Shown here in pieces: positions 58,369-64,000 of a stretch of DNA of 64,000 nucleotides; positions within the stretch are counted from its first letter, which is position 1, and each line of letters opens with the position of its first letter. The position numbers and the translations under genes are program-made. The notes below the pieces were generated by a model, which did not search any database, was not told where the DNA came from, and worked only from the letters and a program-made list of their open reading frames with translations. The stretch comes from a virus, in IMG/VR virus record IMGVR_UViG_3300046168_000070, positions 1 through 64,000 of that record; one strand, written 5' to 3'.

Positions 58369-58600
58369 CAAATATACTGGCCCAAGAGATTTTGATGAGC
58401 AAACCGATGCATTTCGTTTTGATCTTGATGATATGTGTGATAGATATTTAGAAGAGTTTGACATTAATGTTTTTACAATAGCTGGAGCTTTGATGGAAAA
58501 AATTAAAGAGTTACTTGGAGACGATATAGTTTTTAATTTAGATGAGCCAGATGAAGAAGAAGATGATGAAAACCTTGACGATTTTAATCTAGATGGATAG
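58361..58600 (+). CDS. Small acidic hypothetical protein
   Basis: Coupled ORF. Confidence 0.7.
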   Translation: MSDKYTGPRDFDEQTDAFRFDLDDMCDRYLEEFDINVFTIAGALMEKIKELLGDDIVFNLDEPDEEEDDENLDDFNLDG

Positions 58601-58757
58601 AAATAAAAAATACCAACAAACAGATAAAGGGAAAGAATCATTATCTAGAGCTAGAAAAAAATATGATGAAGCAGACAAGGAAAAACGTAGGCAACAGAAG
58701 CGAGATTACATGCGTCGCAAAAGAGAAGAAGACCCGAATTATTGCAAGTGGAAATAA
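58593..58757 (+). CDS. 54-aa basic helical protein (not in ORF track)
   Basis: MDRNKKYQQTDKGKESLSRARKKY...RDYMRRKR; overlaps the previous stop. Confidence 0.65.
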   Translation: MDRNKKYQQTDKGKESLSRARKKYDEADKEKRRQQKRDYMRRKREEDPNYCKWK

Positions 58758-58762
58758 AAACG

Positions 58763-58768
58763 GTGTAA
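58763..58768 (+). promoter_or_regulatory. GTGTAA element upstream of the DUF1549/1553 gene
   Basis: 27 nt before ATG 58796. Confidence 0.5.
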
Positions 58769-58786
58769 TTTAATCATAATTGTCTA

Positions 58787-61066
58787 TTGATTGTTATGAA
58801 AATTTTAATCTTATTGTTTTTATCTTCAATTCTCTGTTTTGGGGATACGCTATATTTTAATAACGGAAAAAATTTGAAAGGCGATATTGTAGAGGCGAAT
58901 GCTACACATGCGTTAATTAAAAGATCAAGTGATCTGCAATTATTCAGGATTTCAATTGATTCTTTAACAAAAGACAACCAAGCTTATATTAAAAATAATT
59001 TTCCACCGAGTCATGAAGCTTTGCCTAAATTTAAAAGACCATTATCTGATAGAGATTTAAAAACTCATGCTTATTATATTGATAGCTTAATTGAAGCAAA
59101 ACTCAGAGGGTATAATCTTAGGCCAAATAAGGAGGTCGATGATGCTATATATTTACGTAGAGCATATCTTAAAATTATCGGGAGGACGCCTTCTTTAGCA
59201 GAAGTAAACTCTTTTTTTGATGATAAAGATAAAAATAAAAGATCAAAATTAGTTGATCAGTTATTAGGTAGTGAAGGATATGTAAGTCACTGGTTTAATT
59301 TTTGGGCGGATATATTAAGAATTAAAGATAGGTTAACCAATAGAATATCTGGAGTGCCTTATAAGAATTATGTAAAAGAGTTTATATCAAATAACAGACC
59401 ATACGATGAATGGGTTAGAGAAATGTTATCCTCATCAGGCTCTCTATGGATTAAAGGCAACGAAGGAGTAAGTTATTTTGCTCGTGATGTCAATATGCCT
59501 CTTGATAGCATGGCTAACACAGTACGTATTTTTTTAGGCACAAGCCTCGAGTGCGCCCAATGCCATGACCATCCTTTTGATCGTTGGACTCAAAAACAAT
59601 TTTACGAAATGGCTGCATTCACAAGTGGCTCGACTAATTTGAGAACAAAAAGTCCAGAAAATTTAAGCGTCTTAAATAGATTAGCGAGAGATGAAAGAAG
59701 AAAATTAGAGCAGTCCGATCAACCTCAAAAATCTAGACAGCTACAAAATAGCATAAGAGATATCCAAGATATTTTGCAAACTGGATTAACGAGTTTAGGT
59801 AACGGAAAGATCAGTTTGCCTAAAGATTATCAGTATGATAATGCAAAACCTAATGAAGCTTTACTAGGGAAAACGATTTTCGGTAAAGAGGTAGATATTA
59901 AAACTGTTGCTCCAAATGCAGGTTCTAGGGAAATTTATGCTAATTGGTTGGCGTCTGAATCAAATCCAAGATTTACAGCTGTTATTGTAAATCGCTTGTG
60001 GAAGGAAGTTTTTGGATTAGCTTTAATAGAGCCAATTGATAATATGTTCGATGACACTCTTGCTACCGACCCAAAATTGCAATTACATCTCGAAAAAGTC
60101 ATGGTTGCCTTAAATTATGATTTAAGAGAGTTTTTAAGAATATTGTATAACACTAAAACATTCCAAAAAGAGTCTGTAACCAGAGATGTAATACCTAAGG
60201 ATAATAAAGATCAATCTATGCCTGTAGAAGTTGAGTGGATTATCGCAGGGCCAAATACCAAAGCTCAGTCTAAAGGAGCTGTCCCTTATTTTTATCAAGG
60301 GCCGATATTAGAAAGAATGAGTGGGGAGCAAATTTGGGATTCTTTAGTAAATTTAACATTTGATAATATAGATTCTAGAAAATTAGAGCAAAATACAAAA
60401 GGTTACGATCAATTTCAAACTCTTTCAGCCATGAGTGGAGAAGAATTATTTGAAGATATAATGGCTAAAATCAATAAAACCGAAAAGCCTAAAGCTGCAA
60501 GTAAATCAAAATTTGGTGAGCCGATAAATACTGATTGCCCTATCAAGCCTGGAAGAGCAATCGACCCAACATTATTAGCTCTCAATGAGAACGGTGAAAC
60601 TTTGGCATTTTGCTGTGAATCTTGTGTTGATAAATACAAATCTCAAAAGAAAGCTAGAGAGCAAGAGTACAAGCAGAATTTTGTCAAAGATAGAAATTCA
60701 GTTAGAGCTTCCGAACTATCTTCTCCCGCTCCGATTGGTCATTTAATCAGAGAGTTTGGCGGCTCAGATAGAGAGCAGATCGAAAACGCAAACAAAAGCG
60801 CTTCAGCGACACAAGTATTAAATTTATTAAATGGGTTCGTTGAAACAAGGTTATTGAAAAATAAAAACTTTGAAGTTATTAAAGCAATTGAATCTCAAAA
60901 GTCGTTAAGTGATAAAATAACAGTAGGTTATAAATATATATTAAACCGAGAGCCTACTTCTAAAGAATTAAGGATATTTACTGATAATTTAAAAAATACG
61001 AAAGATGCATATAAAGAAATAATATGGGTATTAATTAATAGTCATGAATTTATGTTTGTTAGGTAA
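58787..61066 (+). CDS. Secreted DUF1549 + DUF1553 (PSCyt2/PSD1) protein with CxxCH haem motif, SHD1-like N-terminus and YHS-like insert
   Basis: Signal peptide, YLRRAYLKIIGRTP, CAQCHDHPFD, NPRFTAVIVNRLW and WVLINSHEF; ATG 58796 is a likely start. Confidence 0.92.
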   Translation: MIVMKILILLFLSSILCFGDTLYFNNGKNLKGDIVEANATHALIKRSSDLQLFRISIDSLTKDNQAYIKNNFPPSHEALPKFKRPLSDRDLKTHAYYIDSLIEAKLRGYNLRPNKEVDDAIYLRRAYLKIIGRTPSLAEVNSFFDDKDKNKRSKLVDQLLGSEGYVSHWFNFWADILRIKDRLTNRISGVPYKNYVKEFISNNRPYDEWVREMLSSSGSLWIKGNEGVSYFARDVNMPLDSMANTVRIFLGTSLECAQCHDHPFDRWTQKQFYEMAAFTSGSTNLRTKSPENLSVLNRLARDERRKLEQSDQPQKSRQLQNSIRDIQDILQTGLTSLGNGKISLPKDYQYDNAKPNEALLGKTIFGKEVDIKTVAPNAGSREIYANWLASESNPRFTAVIVNRLWKEVFGLALIEPIDNMFDDTLATDPKLQLHLEKVMVALNYDLREFLRILYNTKTFQKESVTRDVIPKDNKDQSMPVEVEWIIAGPNTKAQSKGAVPYFYQGPILERMSGEQIWDSLVNLTFDNIDSRKLEQNTKGYDQFQTLSAMSGEELFEDIMAKINKTEKPKAASKSKFGEPINTDCPIKPGRAIDPTLLALNENGETLAFCCESCVDKYKSQKKAREQEYKQNFVKDRNSVRASELSSPAPIGHLIREFGGSDREQIENANKSASATQVLNLLNGFVETRLLKNKNFEVIKAIESQKSLSDKITVGYKYILNREPTSKELRIFTDNLKNTKDAYKEIIWVLINSHEFMFVR

Positions 61067-61428
61067 TCCCATCTATTATATTTAAAAAAATAAATCATAT
61101 CATCTTTTATATAAATCCAACCCCATTTCTCTGTATAAAAATACCCTTTATAGCTTGGAGCATTATATATCCATCCTAATTTTTCAGAATACAACCAACT
61201 TCTAGAAATAGATTTTTTGTAAGTTCCATAAACTCTCCCCAAAGTTTTCATTGTGAACCACAAGCCTTTCGGTTTTTTACCGCATCTTGCCATCCATTCG
61301 CCAAGATCTAACGGTTGAGTAGATTTAGCTTGATTTTTGCACCAATCGCAATTATCTAGAAAATCTTTTCTTTCCACCCTTGCTTCTAGACAAATATATA
61401 TTAATATAAAAAGAAGCGAAAACCTCAT
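61042..61428 (-). CDS. Secreted Trp/Tyr-rich repeat protein
   Basis: Signal peptide; WLYSEKLGWIY and FYTEKWGWIY repeats. Confidence 0.7.
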   Translation of the reverse strand: MRFSLLFILIYICLEARVERKDFLDNCDWCKNQAKSTQPLDLGEWMARCGKKPKGLWFTMKTLGRVYGTYKKSISRSWLYSEKLGWIYNAPSYKGYFYTEKWGWIYIKDDMIYFFKYNRWDYLTNINS

Positions 61429-61436
61429 ATATTGTA

Positions 61437-61442
61437 TTACAC
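61437..61442 (-). promoter_or_regulatory. GTGTAA element, 8 nt upstream of ATG 61428
   Basis: ttacac on + strand. Confidence 0.65.
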
Positions 61443-61465
61443 TTGTGTTGATTTTTCTTTAAAAT

Positions 61466-61471
61466 GTGTAA
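61466..61471 (+). promoter_or_regulatory. GTGTAA element, 10 nt upstream of ATG 61482
   Basis: Divergent partner of the 61437 element. Confidence 0.65.
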
Positions 61472-61481
61472 TAATAATATT

Positions 61482-62774
61482 ATGAACTTAAATACAATTG
61501 ATGAATTAGGGAGAAGAGAATTTATAGCGCATGCCGCAAAAGCATGCTTCGGAGTAGGGCTTATGCCGATGGCAGGAGCTTATATTAACAATACAGTGAG
61601 CGCTCTTGAGCCTAGTACTAGAGTTCCGACAGCTAGGCATGTCATTTATTTAAATATGTCAGGAGCGATGTCGCATCTTGACACATTTGCCCCAAAGCCT
61701 GACGCTCCTGATATTCAAGGGCCTACTAAATCAATTGCAACAAGCGCTGATGGAGTTATTTTATCCGAAAATCTACCAAAAACAGCGAAACTAATGCATC
61801 TTGGGTCAATTATCAAAACAATGAATACTAGTCAAGGAGCCCACATGCAAGCAAGTTATTTAATGCACACTAGTTATCTTAAGAGGGGCACAATTGTGCA
61901 TCCTACATTCGGGAGTTGGGTGTCAAAGCTTTCAGGTTCAATGAATAAAACAATACCTAGCAATGTTAAGATTGGAGGTGGAGGAGGCGGAGCTGGCTTT
62001 CTAGAGTCTAAATACGGCGCTCTTCCTATTAACAACCCTTCCTCAGGTCTAGCTAATAGTAAAATGGCTTCGTATTTAGATCATGAGCATTTTCAAAGCA
62101 GAATATCTATTGCCGAGCAATTGAATCAAAATTTTTCTACAGAATTTCCATTAAAACAAGTAAGAGCTTACAGTGACTTATATAAAGACGCAATAAAATT
62201 AATGAATAGTAATGATCTAAATGCTTTTGATATCACTAAAGAGCCAGCATCTGCAAGTGATCTTTATGGAAACACTAACTTCGGTAAAGGTTGCTTGTTA
62301 GCTAAAAGGCTAGTTGAGCATGGTGTTAGGTATGTAGAAGTTACGCGAGGAGGTTGGGATACTCATGATAATAACTTTGAAAGAGTTGCTGCAAATTGTG
62401 CTGATATCGATCAAGCTTTAAGCGGACTTCTTATTGATTTAGACAGAAGAGGGCTTTTATCAGAGACTTTGGTTGTATTAACCTCTGAATTTGGCAGAAC
62501 GCCAAACATAAATGGAAGAGACGGGAGAGACCATTGGCCTTATTGCTTCACAGCTTTTCTCGCAGGAGGTGGAGTGAAAGGTGGATTTACTTATGGTGAG
62601 ACAGACAAAACAGGCAGATCTCCTGTTGAAGGAAAACCTATCAAGCCAGAAGATTTGAATGCTACTATAGCTCATACCCTTGGTTTATCTTTAAATAATT
62701 ATCAATATTCCCCGTCAGGAAGACCTTTTACTATAGCCCATAAAGGCGAGCCTTTGTTTGATATTTTATCTTGA
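61482..62774 (+). CDS. Tat-exported DUF1501 family protein (alkaline phosphatase/sulfatase-like superfamily)
   Basis: GRREFI Tat motif, IYLNMSGAMSHLDTF, GCLLAKRLVEHGVRYVEV, GGWDTH, TSEFGRTP and GRDHWP. Confidence 0.92.
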   Translation: MNLNTIDELGRREFIAHAAKACFGVGLMPMAGAYINNTVSALEPSTRVPTARHVIYLNMSGAMSHLDTFAPKPDAPDIQGPTKSIATSADGVILSENLPKTAKLMHLGSIIKTMNTSQGAHMQASYLMHTSYLKRGTIVHPTFGSWVSKLSGSMNKTIPSNVKIGGGGGGAGFLESKYGALPINNPSSGLANSKMASYLDHEHFQSRISIAEQLNQNFSTEFPLKQVRAYSDLYKDAIKLMNSNDLNAFDITKEPASASDLYGNTNFGKGCLLAKRLVEHGVRYVEVTRGGWDTHDNNFERVAANCADIDQALSGLLIDLDRRGLLSETLVVLTSEFGRTPNINGRDGRDHWPYCFTAFLAGGGVKGGFTYGETDKTGRSPVEGKPIKPEDLNATIAHTLGLSLNNYQYSPSGRPFTIAHKGEPLFDILS

Positions 62775-62799
62775 CAAATAATTTAAATTCATCTATAAT
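62771..62799 (+). promoter_or_regulatory. Sigma70-like promoter, leaderless transcript
   Basis: TTGACA-17 bp-TATAAT, ATG 6 nt downstream. Confidence 0.85.
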
Positions 62800-62805
62800 C
62801 ATTAG

Positions 62806-63381
62806 ATGAATAAATTACCCAAAATTATTGGATTAACAGGATTCGCTAGAAGTGGTAAAGATACTTTTTTTACCGCCATTAACATGCTTTCAAGAGAGAT
62901 GGGCCTACCAGATTTTCGAAGATTCGCTTTTGCTGATGAATTAAAAAAAGAATGCGACCCTTTTTTGCTTGATAACATAGGAATATCTGCTTGGACTCAA
63001 GAAAATGAATCTAAAGAATTAATCCGCCCTTTTTTAGTGACTTATGGGACTCATATAAGAAGAAAGTTAGATCAAAATTGCTGGATCAATAAAATAAAAG
63101 ATTCAGTTGAATATTGTTCTGCTAACAGCGAAATACCTGTTATTACAGATGTTAGATATGAAAATGAGGCTGCATGGATTAAAGAAAATGATGGAGTTAT
63201 CGTGGAGATTATTAGACAGTCTGTTGCTCCTGCTAATGAAGAAGAAAAGAGAGAGTCATTAAAGCTTATGAATTATAGAGATTTTGTTGTTTCTTGGCCT
63301 ACGTTTGGCGATGACAGCATGGCAGAGTGCGTAGGTTTTGCTCGCTCTTTTTTGTCTGATATTCAATGCGTTTTAGCATAA
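62806..63381 (+). CDS. Deoxynucleoside monophosphate kinase (T4 gp1-like)
   Basis: IIGLTGFARSGKDT, FADELK, R-x-x-L-x-x-YGT and ITDVRYENE. Confidence 0.88.
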   Translation: MNKLPKIIGLTGFARSGKDTFFTAINMLSREMGLPDFRRFAFADELKKECDPFLLDNIGISAWTQENESKELIRPFLVTYGTHIRRKLDQNCWINKIKDSVEYCSANSEIPVITDVRYENEAAWIKENDGVIVEIIRQSVAPANEEEKRESLKLMNYRDFVVSWPTFGDDSMAECVGFARSFLSDIQCVLA

Positions 63382-64000
63382 TGAATCAAATTAAATATAA
63401 ACTTGATCTATATAGCAAGTATTTTTTTAATTTAAATTCAAACCTATCTATTGAAGAAAATTTATTTATTAGTAAATGTATTTCAAATATAGATGAAAAA
63501 GATATTTTCATAAATGAGCATATCTCTGCGTATACCTTTTGTCCATCAGTTGATAACTCAGGATTAATTAATTATGGAAGATTTGCTTTTGGTAAAAAGA
63601 CTAAAAATAAATACTTCTACAACTTAGTCGAGCAGCTGTTCAACTTCTTAAATATAAATATTCATAATTCAAAAGTTAATTTTTTTTATTATGGAGTAGG
63701 TTGGGATTATTTAAATCATTTAATAAAGTTTTATCAATTAAGCTCAGATTATCGCAATATTTACTGCGAAGAGTTTTTGGTAGATCGCGCGAACTTCAAA
63801 AATAACTATATGGTAAAATCTAAAGAATATTCCGTAGGGATCGACAACACAATCATGAACAAAGATGACGCAAATGTTAATCAAATTAACTTAAATAATA
63901 ATTCTAAAGTCTTTGATAATTCTTATGCTAATGATTTGTGTGACAAAATGAAATCTTTAGATTTTTTGTTAGACACTTATAGTATATACAATAATAAAAC
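63381..64000 (+). CDS. Hypothetical protein, partial (runs off window end)
   Basis: ATG overlaps the previous stop; no stop found to base 64000. Confidence 0.7.
   Translation, partial: MNQIKYKLDLYSKYFFNLNSNLSIEENLFISKCISNIDEKDIFINEHISAYTFCPSVDNSGLINYGRFAFGKKTKNKYFYNLVEQLFNFLNINIHNSKVNFFYYGVGWDYLNHLIKFYQLSSDYRNIYCEEFLVDRANFKNNYMVKSKEYSVGIDNTIMNKDDANVNQINLNNNSKVFDNSYANDLCDKMKSLDFLLDTYSIYNNK

Noticed and set aside
882-60639. Short antisense or nested ORFs in the track (e.g. 882-1106, 3023-3610, 7995-8276, 19840-20280, 37149-37394, 56608-57000, 58318-58641)
   Set aside because: They lie wholly within well-supported genes, have no motifs or upstream signals, and are expected shadows in AT-rich DNA
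1-64000. Bacterial chromosome fragment or small prophage in a chromosome
   Set aside because: No ribosomal or housekeeping operons. Host-like genes are interleaved with tail and phage replication genes and share the same promoter motifs and composition. No integrase or att site was seen
1-64000. Alternative genetic code (stop-codon reassignment)
   Set aside because: Coding density is high in code 11, and TAA, TAG and TGA all end well-defined genes. The few breaks are frame changes, not in-frame stops

Overview
AT-rich, gene-dense segment of a large tailed (jumbo-type) bacteriophage genome, read in standard code 11. It carries a replication and recombination block: class I RNR beta, RecA/UvsX, DnaB, DnaG-type primase, a Cas4/AddB-like nuclease, a DnaE polymerase split into three genes (PHP, DEDDh exonuclease, polymerase core), a Rad52-like protein and dNMP kinase. 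It also has a lambda-like tail-tip module (L-K-I-J, minus strand) and a giant adhesin-like gene broken by single-base frameshifts. Host-like cargo is unusually large: a complete tmRNA, a ClpC-type unfoldase with an LGF loop, an outer-membrane beta-barrel, a ~12 kb glycan cluster (GDP-fucose synthesis, GT11/25/31/2/4, methyl- and sulfotransferase) and a PVC-type DUF1549/DUF1553 + DUF1501 pair. The cargo points to a Verrucomicrobia/Planctomycetes host. Intergenic DNA shows two upstream motif classes: near-consensus sigma70 promoters before replication genes, often leaderless, and a recurring GTGTAA element before structural and cargo genes. All family assignments come from motif recognition by eye; no searches were run.
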